Of a stretch of DNA of 64,000 bases, positions 9,675 through 19,131 are shown in pieces. A model generated the notes under the pieces. The model saw nothing but the letters and a program-made list of their open reading frames with translations. It did no database searches and was not told the origin of the DNA. The number at the start of each line of letters is the position of its first letter. Positions within the stretch are counted from its first letter, which is position 1. Made by a program: the position numbers and the translations under genes. This DNA comes from Oscillospiraceae bacterium. Lineage in GTDB: Bacteria > Bacillota > Clostridia > Oscillospirales > Ruminococcaceae. Location: contig JAQXGE010000082.1 of the NCBI GenBank assembly GCA_029006135.1, positions 4,333 through 68,332 on the forward strand, read 5' to 3'.

Positions 9675-11684
9675 TCACCAGATGGCATCATCGGTGGGAT
9701 GCTCCTTGATAAGGCCCAGATGGTAGGCGGAAATCAGCTCGTGCAGGTCATTCACCTGTGTGCGCAGGGCCGCGCCCTCGTCCGTGTCCTCCACAAGGAC
9801 GCGGTCGGTGTGGAGGTCATCGACAACATCCACGCGGGAGAGAATGTCCATGTTGTTCCACACAGCCTTTTGCGTGCTTTCAAACGGCTGGTGGGTGCGC
9901 AGGCTCATGCCGTGGCTCGAATACACCAGCGTGTAGCCCGCAATGCCGGTCTTTTCATGGTAGGCACGGCAGAACCCGCCGTCAATGACGAGCAGCCGCC
10001 CGCCGCCCTTGATGGGGCTTTCGCCGGCTTTCTGCCGCACCGGGACGTGGCCGTTGACGATATGACAGCTGCCCGACAGGCCAAACTCCGCTAAGATGCG
10101 GCGGCAGGTCTCCTCATCGTTGTACCAGGTGTAATAAGGGTCCTTGATTTCCCGGTGGGTGGATTCATCGGCAATGTAGATGCGCTCAAAGGTGGTCATG
10201 GCGCTGCGCCCGAACAGCGGGGACAGCCTGCCGCACCACAGATACCACAGAAAATCCTGCCCGCTCTGACGCTCTGCGGAGCCTTCCGGGGCAAAGTAGC
10301 CGCGCCGCGCACGGCGGTCACAGTAGTCAAGCAGCGCGCGGCCGCTTAAGGTCTGGCCTTCAAACGTCTCAGCGGCAAACTGGCCGTCCGGCGTCATGGG
10401 AACGGCGCCATGGAACAAAAGACAGCCGTTTTCAATGTGGTAGACGCCGCCTTTAGCGTAGAGGAACTGAACGTGCTTTTGGAGCTTTTCACTGTGTCGG
10501 AAGGAGGCGACCAGCCTCGTCAGCACAAATTCCTCATCCGGGCTGAGCCGGTCGGGGTGTGCGGGGTCCACCGTGGGGAAGGAGGTGTCCCGCAGAGGAT
10601 AGACCTTGCCGCCAATGGTGACGGTTCCCGCCGAATAGTCGATATGACGAAGGAAATCCCGCCCCTGCATCTTGAAATCCGGGTTGCGGTCAATGACGGC
10701 ACATTCCAGCTTGAGCATCATGATTGTGATGGCCTTGTGCATCACGGCACAGCGATGGAGCATCCCCTCGGTGTATGGTCCGCGGGATTCATCGGTGTGG
10801 GGCATCCAGAGGGTCAAATCGTCATTGCCGTAATACTGTTCCGCCATGCGCAGCAGATGGCGCAGATTGATGCCGTAAAAATCCTCAATCATGCCATGGT
10901 TGTGGTAGGCCAGCGTTGTTTTGAGGACAGTGCAGCAGCAAAGCGGGCTGCCGGATGCCGCGCCCATCCAGACAACATCATGGTTGCCCCACTGAAAATC
11001 CACATTGTGGTGGCGCATCAGACGGTCAAGAATCAGATCGGGGCGCGGGCCGCGGTCAAACAGGTCGCCGATAATATGCAGCTTGTCCACCGAAAGGCGC
11101 TTGACCAGCTCGCACAGCCGGATGATAAAGGTGTCGGCCTGGCCGTTGGCGATAATGCTGCCCACGATTTGGCCGTAATAGAGGGTCTTATTGTGGTCCT
11201 CAAAGTGCGCGTGCAGAAGCTCGTCAATGATATGTCCGCAGCTTTTGGGCAGACATTTGCGCACATACTCGCGGGTGTGCTTGCTGGAAACCAGCCGGCA
11301 GACATCAATGAGCTGCAAAAGTGTGTCCCGGTACCAGCGCTCGAGCCCGGCGGAAGTCTTGAACCGGCGCTTGATGAGCGGCAGTTTCTGGGTCGGGTAG
11401 TAGATGAGGGTGGACAGCTCAATGCGCACTTCCTCGGGAACGTTGGCGGACAGAACTGTGTCCACCTTTTCCCGAATGACGCCGGACGCAGAGTTGAGGA
11501 TGTGGATGAACGCCTCGTCCTCACCGTGCAGGTCGCTGACGTAATGTTCGGTGCCCTTTGGCAGCTTGGCCACGGCTTCAAGCCGGATGATCTCGCTGGC
11601 CGCAGCCCCCTGCGTGGGAAAATCCCGCGCAAGGAGCGTTAAATATTTCAGGTTGCTTTTGACCTCTGCAATAGGTCCATCCAT
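9675..11684 (-). CDS. fbp: Fructose-1,6-bisphosphatase class 3 (Firmicute type)
   Basis: LPKGTEHYVSDLHGE, GDLFDRGP, WGNHD, VNGHVPV, IDGGF, TGIAGYTL motifs; GAAGGAGG RBS. Confidence 0.93.
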   Translation of the reverse strand: MDGPIAEVKSNLKYLTLLARDFPTQGAAASEIIRLEAVAKLPKGTEHYVSDLHGEDEAFIHILNSASGVIREKVDTVLSANVPEEVRIELSTLIYYPTQKLPLIKRRFKTSAGLERWYRDTLLQLIDVCRLVSSKHTREYVRKCLPKSCGHIIDELLHAHFEDHNKTLYYGQIVGSIIANGQADTFIIRLCELVKRLSVDKLHIIGDLFDRGPRPDLILDRLMRHHNVDFQWGNHDVVWMGAASGSPLCCCTVLKTTLAYHNHGMIEDFYGINLRHLLRMAEQYYGNDDLTLWMPHTDESRGPYTEGMLHRCAVMHKAITIMMLKLECAVIDRNPDFKMQGRDFLRHIDYSAGTVTIGGKVYPLRDTSFPTVDPAHPDRLSPDEEFVLTRLVASFRHSEKLQKHVQFLYAKGGVYHIENGCLLFHGAVPMTPDGQFAAETFEGQTLSGRALLDYCDRRARRGYFAPEGSAERQSGQDFLWYLWCGRLSPLFGRSAMTTFERIYIADESTHREIKDPYYTWYNDEETCRRILAEFGLSGSCHIVNGHVPVRQKAGESPIKGGGRLLVIDGGFCRAYHEKTGIAGYTLVYSSHGMSLRTHQPFESTQKAVWNNMDILSRVDVVDDLHTDRVLVEDTDEGAALRTQVNDLHELISAYHLGLIKEHPTDDAIW

Positions 11685-11746
11685 GGAAAACGCCTCCTTC
11701 CGGAAAGGATTTTAAATAAAATTTAATCAAGAGACTATTTTCATCA

Positions 11747-11985
11747 CATCCGCTGCCGCAGGCGTTACTCTTTTGTGACCAAAAGAGTAACCAGAAAAGT
11801 CTCGCTGTTCCGACGCAGCGATTCCCGGCCAGGGGGACCAGTCCCCCTGGACCCCCAAAGAGGTATGAAAATTTAAAAATTCACCCCAAAGACTACAACC
11901 GGACAGTCTTTGGGACGAATTTTCAAATTTTCGATTTAACTCCGCCCCGCCTCGGCGGGACGGGGCCTGCCGAGAGATAAACGTA
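11747..11985 (+). repeat. Structured intergenic repeat family, locus 1 (partial unit, hairpins P3-P7)
   Basis: Contains TACTCTTTTGTGACCAAAAGAGTA, TCGCTGTTCCGACGCAGCGA, CCAGGGGG..CCCCCTGG and CCCAAAGACT..AGTCTTTGGG, shared with other loci. Confidence 0.9.
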
Positions 11986-12078
11986 CCATAATACATTTTG
12001 AATGGATGTTGGGAATTGTGATAAGGATTTTCGGAACAGAAACCCTATGCCGTCCCGCAGCGGGAGGACTCTGTCAAT

Positions 12079-12108
12079 ATTGTACCCCCGCCCCGCAAAA
12101 GCCGTCAA
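12079..12108 (-). promoter_or_regulatory. Putative sigma-A promoter for fbp
   Basis: Minus strand TTGACG-N18-TACAAT. Confidence 0.55.
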
Positions 12109-12336
12109 TGGCTAAATGCACAGAAAAAGCCTGCACAATTCAGGCAGATTTCCAAATCACTGGATAGACAAACTGCAGAAGAAATTAAAATTCGGCTTCA
12201 CTTCACCCCCCACAAAATTGCACATACCCAAAACAAATGTTAAACCCTCCACCCGCCGCCACTTGCAAAGTGCGCAAACTGTGGTATTCTTAAAGGAACA
12301 GCGCATTTACAGTGTGCGCAATGGGGAGGAGAAATC

Positions 12337-12888
12337 ATGAATCAACTGTTGGATATGTACCTGACCTTTGCCAAGGTCGGGGCCATGACCTTCGGCGGCG
12401 GCTATGCGATGCTGCCGATTCTTCAGCGCGAAGTGGTAGAAAACAAACACTGGGCGACTGAGGAGGAAATTGCTGACTATTTTGCTATCGGTCAGTGCAC
12501 CCCCGGTGTTATCGCGGTCAACACCGCCACCTTTATTGGGAAAAAATACGCCGGGAACATCGGCGGCATCATCACAACGCTGGGCGTTGTCACGCCTTCC
12601 ATCATCATTATTACGCTGCTGGCGGGACTGATTTCCAACTTTGCCGAACTGGCGGTGGTCAAAAGTGCCTTTGCGGGAATTCGCGTCTGTGTTTGCGTGC
12701 TGATTCTCAATTCGGTGCTGAAACTCTGGAAATCCGCCGTCAAAGACCGCCTGACACTCGCTGTTTTTATTGCGGTGCTGCTCTGTTCTGTGCTGTTTGA
12801 CTGGTCTCCGGTCGTCTTTGTGCTGGCGGCGGGCCTGCTCGGCGTTGGTCTTGTGCTGGTGGATGCACGGAAGGAGGGCAAACAATGA
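12337..12888 (+). CDS. Short-chain chromate transporter (CHR family), first subunit
   Basis: FAKVGAMTFGGGYAM and GQCTPG motifs. Confidence 0.88.
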   Translation: MNQLLDMYLTFAKVGAMTFGGGYAMLPILQREVVENKHWATEEEIADYFAIGQCTPGVIAVNTATFIGKKYAGNIGGIITTLGVVTPSIIIITLLAGLISNFAELAVVKSAFAGIRVCVCVLILNSVLKLWKSAVKDRLTLAVFIAVLLCSVLFDWSPVVFVLAAGLLGVGLVLVDARKEGKQ

Positions 12889-13436
12889 TTCTGATTCGGC
12901 TGTTTTACGAGTTCTTCAAGACCGGTCTGTTCGCCATCGGCGGCGGACTGGCGACCCTGCCTTTCCTCTCCGCTCTGGCGGACAAAACCGGCTGGTATAC
13001 CCAGTCGCAGCTGATGGATATGCTCGCCGTGTCGGAGTCCACGCCCGGGCCTATCGGCGTCAACACCGCGACCTATGTGGGCTTTACGGTGGCCGGTCTG
13101 CCGGGTGCCATTGTCGCAACGCTCGGACTGGTCTGCCCGTCCATTATCATTATTCTGATTGTAGCGACCATCCTCAACTCCTTCCGGCACAACAAATATG
13201 TGGAGTCGGTATTCCGCTGCCTGCGCCCTGCTTCGGTGGCGCTCATTGCGGCGGCGGGCCTGAGCGTTGTGCTCGAGACGTTCACCCCGGTTCCCGGCGT
13301 TGGGTTTAACTGGATTGGCCTTGTGCTGGCCGTTGTTTTGTTCGTCCTGACAAACTATGTGCCAAAGACCAAAAAATTCCATCCGATTATCTGGATTGCG
13401 CTCAGCGCGGTTGTTGGAATTCTTGTTGGAATGTGA
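12885..13436 (+). CDS. Short-chain chromate transporter (CHR family), second subunit
   Basis: FFKTGLFAIGGG and SESTPGP motifs; ATGA overlap with the paralog. Confidence 0.88.
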   Translation: MILIRLFYEFFKTGLFAIGGGLATLPFLSALADKTGWYTQSQLMDMLAVSESTPGPIGVNTATYVGFTVAGLPGAIVATLGLVCPSIIIILIVATILNSFRHNKYVESVFRCLRPASVALIAAAGLSVVLETFTPVPGVGFNWIGLVLAVVLFVLTNYVPKTKKFHPIIWIALSAVVGILVGM

Positions 13437-13494
13437 AGAAAATGAAAAGGCTTCCCTTTGCTTTATACATGGGGAAGTCCTTTTTTCGTTTATC

Positions 13495-14296
13495 GGCGGG
13501 GTGGGTCCTGACGTGAGATAAACGCGCTTCTTCTGCTTTTGCTTGTTTATGGGAAATAGAGAAAAGGCTCCCCTTGAAGCAAGGGCTGCCGCCGCAGGCG
13601 GCTCTTAGCGCGAAACTGAGCTGGACTGACGCAGGTCAGGACTGAAGGGATTTAAGCCTTGCCGCAAGCTGCCGTTTATCTTTTACAGCACTCGCTGCCG
13701 CAGGCGGTACTCTTTTGTGACCAAAAGAGTGCCCAGAAAAGTCTCGGCAATAAGATTAAGTTCCGCAACGCCAAATGTCCCGCCTCGGCGGGACACCAAT
13801 TTCGGAACAATCGCTGCGCGAAGAGTTTTTTGCACGGCGCTTTGCGCCGTTGCGCGTCATAGCCGCGCAGGCAAAAAAGCCCCCGGCCAAGGGGCTTCGC
13901 CCCCTGGACCCCACGAATAAGGATGAAAATTTTGAAAATTCACCCCAAAGACTACTCTCCGGACAGCCTTTGGGACGAATTTTCAAATTTTCGATTAAAT
14001 AACCGCCCCGCTTCTTGCGGGACGGTTCCTGCTATAAGGCAAACGTACTCCTGTTGTCTTTGTGTTGTTTGAGGGAAATAGAGAAAAGGCTTCACTTGAA
14101 GCAAGGGCTGCCGCCGCGGGCGGCTCAGTGGAGCGCAACCGCCGCAGGCGGCTCTTAGCGCGGAACTGAGGTGGCTCGGCGCAGCCGAGACGGAGGGACT
14201 GAAAACCTTGCCGCCAACTGCCGTTTATCTTTCATAACTTCCGCTGCCGCAAAGCGGCCCTCTTTTGTGAGCAAAAGAGGGTCAAGAAAAGTCTCG
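13495..14296 (+). repeat. Structured intergenic repeat family, locus 2 (~1.5 head-to-tail units with inserted modules)
   Basis: GGGAAATAGAGAAAAGGC at 13551 and 14073; P3 hairpin at ~13706 and 14256. Confidence 0.9.
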
Positions 14297-14309
14297 GAGA
14301 CGGGTTAAT

Positions 14310-15740
14310 TTACCTCTTTGCGCGGCCGAGGACCATGCCGAGGAGTTTTTTGACCATGGACAGCACTTCGCGGGCGTTGAGCAGGCAGACCAGTGCGGTC
14401 AGGATGGTGACGGGGATGACCCAATTTTCGAGGGTGAACAGCAGGATGATTTCAAGCAAAATCAGCCCCAGATTGAGCAACATCCACGCGGGATGGAAGT
14501 CAATCGCCAGCAGGCCGCGTGTTGAGTAGGCGCGCAGCAAGAACACGAGCAGCAGCGACAGGAAACTTGCCAGTGTGACGCCCCACGGCCCAAACAGATG
14601 AATAAAGAGATAATTGAGCACCAAATTCAGTGCCGCACCCGCCAGCATGGTATACAGTGAACTGGTCGAGCGCTTATACACCACATAGACACTGTTGAGG
14701 AAATTGTTCAGACAGGTGCACAGAGATGCCAGGGTCAAAAACGGCACAAACTGCCAGCCAAGGAAGTAATCTTCCCGGAAAATGTGCATCAGGGGCTGGC
14801 AGAGCCAGATAACGCCCGCTACACAGCAGAACAGCACACTCGCGTAGATGCGGAACACCTTGCTGAAAAACTCCTGCCGCTCGCTTTCCTCCGTCACGGC
14901 GGAAAGCTGCCAGGCCTCGTAGAAAATTTGTCCGACAATTGTGATGATTTGGGGCAGGTAATAGCCGGACTTGAGCAGTCCGACCCACCAGGTGCTCGAG
15001 CGCCCGCCCACACCGTCACAAAGCCCCTGCACAAAGAACAGGTCCGAGGCATTGATAACCCAGAAGCTGATCGAGGCGGGAATCATCGGGATGCAGTAGC
15101 GCAGCATATCTTTCCACAAAGTACGGCTGAATTTGTGGAAATCAAAGTATTGCCAGCACTTGCCGGCGATAAAGACAAAGACCGCCGAGCAGGCATCCGA
15201 GCAGAGCATGGCCAGCAGATAGCCGTTCGCGCCCAGGTGCAGCACATTGAGGAACAGCACATAGAAGCCGAGCAGCGTGGCCGAGGTCAGCACGCCGTCC
15301 ACTGCGACTAAGCGGTTGAGCATCCGCGCCCGGATGAACTGGGTACACAGCGTGCGCAGACAGCTCATCAGCACACAGAGGTAGAGCAGCACCAGATAGT
15401 CCGCCGCGTTGGGAATCAGCCGCACCAGCGGCCAGCAGACGACCATCAGCGCAAAGCCCAGACAGATGGTTGCGAGCCCGTTCATAAAGACACTGGATTT
15501 GTCCACCGTCTTATCAAGGCCGAACCGGATGACGGCAAAACTCACGCCCAGGCTCACAACCGGAATCAGCAAATTGGCCACCGACTGCATCAGACTGGTG
15601 ACGCCCATGACATCGGGGCTGTCGAGCGCATAACTCAGGTAGGGCTGGATAATCAGGCTCAGGATTTTGGAGCCGAAGTTGGAGATGGCGAACAGAATCG
15701 TGTTGTTCACGAGTGTCGAATAGCGTTTGGAATCGGCCAA
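14310..15740 (-). CDS. Polysaccharide/oligosaccharide flippase (Wzx/MOP superfamily)
   Basis: ~12-14 hydrophobic segments; N-terminal NTILFAISNFGSKILS; TTG start after GGAGGG. Confidence 0.8.
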   Translation of the reverse strand: MADSKRYSTLVNNTILFAISNFGSKILSLIIQPYLSYALDSPDVMGVTSLMQSVANLLIPVVSLGVSFAVIRFGLDKTVDKSSVFMNGLATICLGFALMVVCWPLVRLIPNAADYLVLLYLCVLMSCLRTLCTQFIRARMLNRLVAVDGVLTSATLLGFYVLFLNVLHLGANGYLLAMLCSDACSAVFVFIAGKCWQYFDFHKFSRTLWKDMLRYCIPMIPASISFWVINASDLFFVQGLCDGVGGRSSTWWVGLLKSGYYLPQIITIVGQIFYEAWQLSAVTEESERQEFFSKVFRIYASVLFCCVAGVIWLCQPLMHIFREDYFLGWQFVPFLTLASLCTCLNNFLNSVYVVYKRSTSSLYTMLAGAALNLVLNYLFIHLFGPWGVTLASFLSLLLVFLLRAYSTRGLLAIDFHPAWMLLNLGLILLEIILLFTLENWVIPVTILTALVCLLNAREVLSMVKKLLGMVLGRAKR

Positions 15741-15776
15741 AGGCGGTTCCCTCCTTTTTTGTCATGACGCGGGCGG

Positions 15777-16340
15777 TTATCGGCCGCGCAGCATCTGTTT
15801 GCCGGTGCGGTAATCCGGAAGGGCTTTTTCGACCGCGGCCCAGAACGCCGGGTTGTGGTCGGGGTGGGCGAAGTGGCAGAACTCATGCACGACTACATAT
15901 TCCTGTGCGGGCGGCGGCATGACACACAGCCGCCGTGCAAAGCAGAGCGTGCCGGTTTTCAGGCTGCAGCTTCCCCAGCGGCTTGTCATATCCCGCACGC
16001 GGATGCGGGGCATGGCGCCCTTTGGGCAGGAGGCGGCAAAGTACGGGTACCATTTCCGGCATAGTGCCGTCATCTGCGCAAGAGCCTGCGCAAAGTCGGG
16101 CAGCGGCGGTTCCGCGGTGCGGGCACTCTCCCGCGCCGCAAGCCGGCTTTGGGCTGAGCGGATCCAGTCGGCCCGCTGTGCCACAAAGGCATCCACTGTG
16201 CGCAGCGGCACACGGCGCGGCGCGCTCACCCGCACCGAGCCATCCGGATGAATCCGGATGTTGAGGTTGCGCACCCCGCCGCGCAAAAGAGCATATTCCA
16301 CACCGCAGACCTCGCGGTGTTCCGGTACACTGGATGACAC
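15777..16340 (-). CDS. YgjP/DUF45-family zinc metallohydrolase (M48-like)
   Basis: MTSRWGSC and YVVVHEFCH..H..FW (HExxH) motifs. Confidence 0.85.
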   Translation of the reverse strand: MSSSVPEHREVCGVEYALLRGGVRNLNIRIHPDGSVRVSAPRRVPLRTVDAFVAQRADWIRSAQSRLAARESARTAEPPLPDFAQALAQMTALCRKWYPYFAASCPKGAMPRIRVRDMTSRWGSCSLKTGTLCFARRLCVMPPPAQEYVVVHEFCHFAHPDHNPAFWAAVEKALPDYRTGKQMLRGR

Positions 16341-16451
16341 GAGCGGTTCCTCTTTTCGGAATGATGATACCCATATTGTACACGCTTTTGCCGGAAAAGA
16401 AAAGAGACTGCGGAAAAATCCGCAGTCCCCGGCGATATGCCGGCAAGGAGA

Positions 16452-16953
16452 TGTTGATGGGAGCAGAGACTGGCTCCCATTGAAGCAAAGGGAGGTTTAT
16501 CTCTGCTCCCATTAACAGCATAAAAGTAACATGAGTACGTTCATCCTATAGAACGAACCGCCCCGCCAAAGCGGGGCGGTTATTCAATCGAAAATTTGAA
16601 AATTTGTCCCAAAGACTGTCCGGTCGTAGTCTTTGGGGTAAATTTTCAAATTTTCATTCCTCGTTGGGGGTCCAGGGGGGCAGGCCCCCCTGGCCGCGGG
16701 TTCGCTGCGTCGGAACAGCGAGACTTTTCTGGGTACTCTTTTGGTCACAAAAGAGTACCGCCCGCGGCAGCGAGTGCTATAAAAGATAAACGGCAGTTGA
16801 CGGCAAGGTTGACAGTCCCTCCGTCAAATCCTCGTTCCTCGGATTTGCCACCTCCCCTTACACAGGGGAGGCAGTCTCTATTCCCATTAACAACAGAAAA
16901 TTTGGCGGTTGCGCTCCACACGCCGCTGCGGCGGCAGCCTTCGCTTCAAGGGG
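16452..16953 (-). repeat. Structured intergenic repeat family, locus 3 (full unit, reverse orientation)
   Basis: Reverse complement of the P1-P7 hairpin series; terminal palindrome at 16452-16517. Confidence 0.9.
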
Positions 16954-16959
16954 CAGCGC

Positions 16960-17499
16960 TCAAAAACTTCCGGCTTCGGTGCAGGGTACGGCGCGGCCGG
17001 ATTCATCATAGAACTCTACCCCGGCGGGGCCGGCAAGGACAACGGGCCGGTCGGCCGTGAAGGCGTAGGCCGTGCCGTCCGGTGCCGCGGCACTGACGAT
17101 GCCCTCGGTGTTTTTGGACAGATAGATGACCGTGCCGGTCTTTTCGGCGGTGTAAAAGTCAACGCCGGTTTCGGGAACATCCATGCTGGTGCAGTAATGC
17201 CAGCCAAAGGCAAACTTGTAATTGATGCCCGAACCGTACAGCCCCGTGCGGTCCTGATAGACGATTGCGCGGCTGTCGCCGTTCTGCGGGTCGGCGGGGT
17301 CATAGAAAATCATGGCATCGAACTTGCCTGAGCGGCTCTCCACCACGGCCTGACTGTCTGCAATGCCAGAATTGCGGCGTGCGGCGGCTGTCACACCGTT
17401 TTTGGTGGTGCCGACATCGCCCATTGCCCACATCATGCAGACAACAGCCAGCACCATGCAGATTACCATCATCAGACGGGAACGGGTCTGTGCGTTCAT
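16960..17499 (-). CDS. Hypothetical membrane-anchored/secreted protein
   Basis: N-terminal hydrophobic helix; AAGGAAG RBS; no recognisable family. Confidence 0.65.
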   Translation of the reverse strand: MNAQTRSRLMMVICMVLAVVCMMWAMGDVGTTKNGVTAAARRNSGIADSQAVVESRSGKFDAMIFYDPADPQNGDSRAIVYQDRTGLYGSGINYKFAFGWHYCTSMDVPETGVDFYTAEKTGTVIYLSKNTEGIVSAAAPDGTAYAFTADRPVVLAGPAGVEFYDESGRAVPCTEAGSF

Positions 17500-17627
17500 A
17501 CATACACTTCCTTACTTTTACTGCGGGGCAGGAGCCCCGAAAATCAGTCTTACAAATATTTATTCATTATATCAGACCCTGGGGGAAACTGCAATCCGCC
17601 GCCGCGGTCCCTGTGCGGGAATTTTGC

Positions 17628-17657
17628 TTGACAAGGCTCCCCGGCCGTGTGTAAGAT
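17628..17657 (+). promoter_or_regulatory. Putative sigma-A promoter of the aldo/keto reductase
   Basis: TTGACA-N18-TAAGAT. Confidence 0.55.
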
Positions 17658-17775
17658 AAAGGAAAATACAGACAGTATCCGCCCTTTTGCCGCGGCGGCT
17701 CAGCATAAGAGCATCCCGGCTGTTCGGGGGAGCATCCACCCCGCGCTTGGAGCGGACTGTACGGAGGAATCAACG

Positions 17776-18933
17776 ATGGAATACCGCTTTGCACGCCATA
17801 ACCCTGCGCCCTACAATGACGCAAACGGAAAGATCAGCCTGCTCGGACTGGGCACCATGCGCCTTCCGCTGCGCGACCCCAATGACCCCACGAGCATTGA
17901 TGAGGAGAAGGCACAGGAAATCTTTGACACCGCCTATGCCCGCGGCGTCAACTATTTTGATACGGCTTACCCCTACCACGGCAAAATGTCGGAAAAATTC
18001 TGCGGCAAGGCGCTGAGCAAGTACCCGCGGGAAAGCTATCATCTCGCGAGCAAGATGCCCGGCTGGCTGCTGACCTGCGAGGAGGACGTGCCCCGCATTT
18101 TTGCCGAACAGCTGGAAAACTGCCGCACCGACTATTTTGACTTTTACCTCATCCACTCGGTCCACGGCGGGAGCTGGCCGAACTATCTGAAGTACCATGT
18201 CTATGAACAGCTTTCCGCCCTGCGCGCAGAGGGACGCATCAAGCGGCTGGGCTTCTCCTTCCACGGCAGCGTGGAGGAACTGCGCGAGGTCCTTGCGGCC
18301 GGGGACTGGGACTTTGTTCAGCTTCAGCTGAATTATTTTGACTGGGATTATCAGTCCAGCCGCGAAAAGTACGAGATGTGCGCCGCCGCCGGGCTTCAGG
18401 TCATTGTGATGGAGCCTGTGCGGGGCGGTATGCTCAATACGCTGTGCCCCGAAGCGGCCGATATTCTTCACGCGGCTGCGCCGCAGCGCAGTCTGGCCAG
18501 CTGGGCCATCCGCTGGGCCGCGAGCCTGCCGAACGTGCTGTGCGTGCTGTCCGGCATGACGACCAGGGAACAGGTGGAGGACAACGTTTCCGCCATGGAG
18601 CCGTTTATCCCCCTGACCGCCGATGAGCAAAAGACCCTTGCCGCCGCGCTTGAGGCGTTCCGTGCCAAAAAGCTCGTGCCCTGCACCGCCTGCCGGTACT
18701 GTATGCCCTGCCCCGCCGGGGTGGACATCCCCGCCATGATGCACGTCTGGAACGAATACCGTCTCCACGGTGACCAGGCGAAAAACCTTAAGGAAAACTA
18801 CGAAAAAATCCCCGAATCCGCCCGCGCCGCCCACTGTGTTTCCTGCGGCGCCTGCCTGAATAAATGCCCCCAGCACATTGCCATTCCTGACATGATGGCC
18901 GCCATCCGCACCGCCGCGGAAAGTGCGGACTGA
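17776..18933 (+). CDS. Aldo/keto reductase with C-terminal 4Fe-4S dicluster domain
   Basis: LGLGTMRLP, GVNYFDTAYPY, MEPVRGG; CTACRYCMPCP and CVSCGACLNKCPQ; GGAGG RBS. Confidence 0.9.
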   Translation: MEYRFARHNPAPYNDANGKISLLGLGTMRLPLRDPNDPTSIDEEKAQEIFDTAYARGVNYFDTAYPYHGKMSEKFCGKALSKYPRESYHLASKMPGWLLTCEEDVPRIFAEQLENCRTDYFDFYLIHSVHGGSWPNYLKYHVYEQLSALRAEGRIKRLGFSFHGSVEELREVLAAGDWDFVQLQLNYFDWDYQSSREKYEMCAAAGLQVIVMEPVRGGMLNTLCPEAADILHAAAPQRSLASWAIRWAASLPNVLCVLSGMTTREQVEDNVSAMEPFIPLTADEQKTLAAALEAFRAKKLVPCTACRYCMPCPAGVDIPAMMHVWNEYRLHGDQAKNLKENYEKIPESARAAHCVSCGACLNKCPQHIAIPDMMAAIRTAAESAD

Positions 18934-19131
18934 AACTTTTGGCATCCTGTGCACAAATCGGCCGTCCGGCACAGGGCGGCCGATTTTCCGTGTGCGCAGA
19001 CGGCCCTGCGTGTTTTGCACAGCAAACGGCACAGCGCGCGGCGAAGCGGCGGATTTTTGCGCAAAACGCTTGCATTTGCCCCCCATAGTGTGGTAATATA
19101 ACAAAGTACCCGCAAGGCGGGTTTACTTTGT

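Noticed and set aside
13495-14296. Possible CRISPR array
   Set aside because: No identical 25-45 bp repeats with regular unique spacers, and no cas genes.
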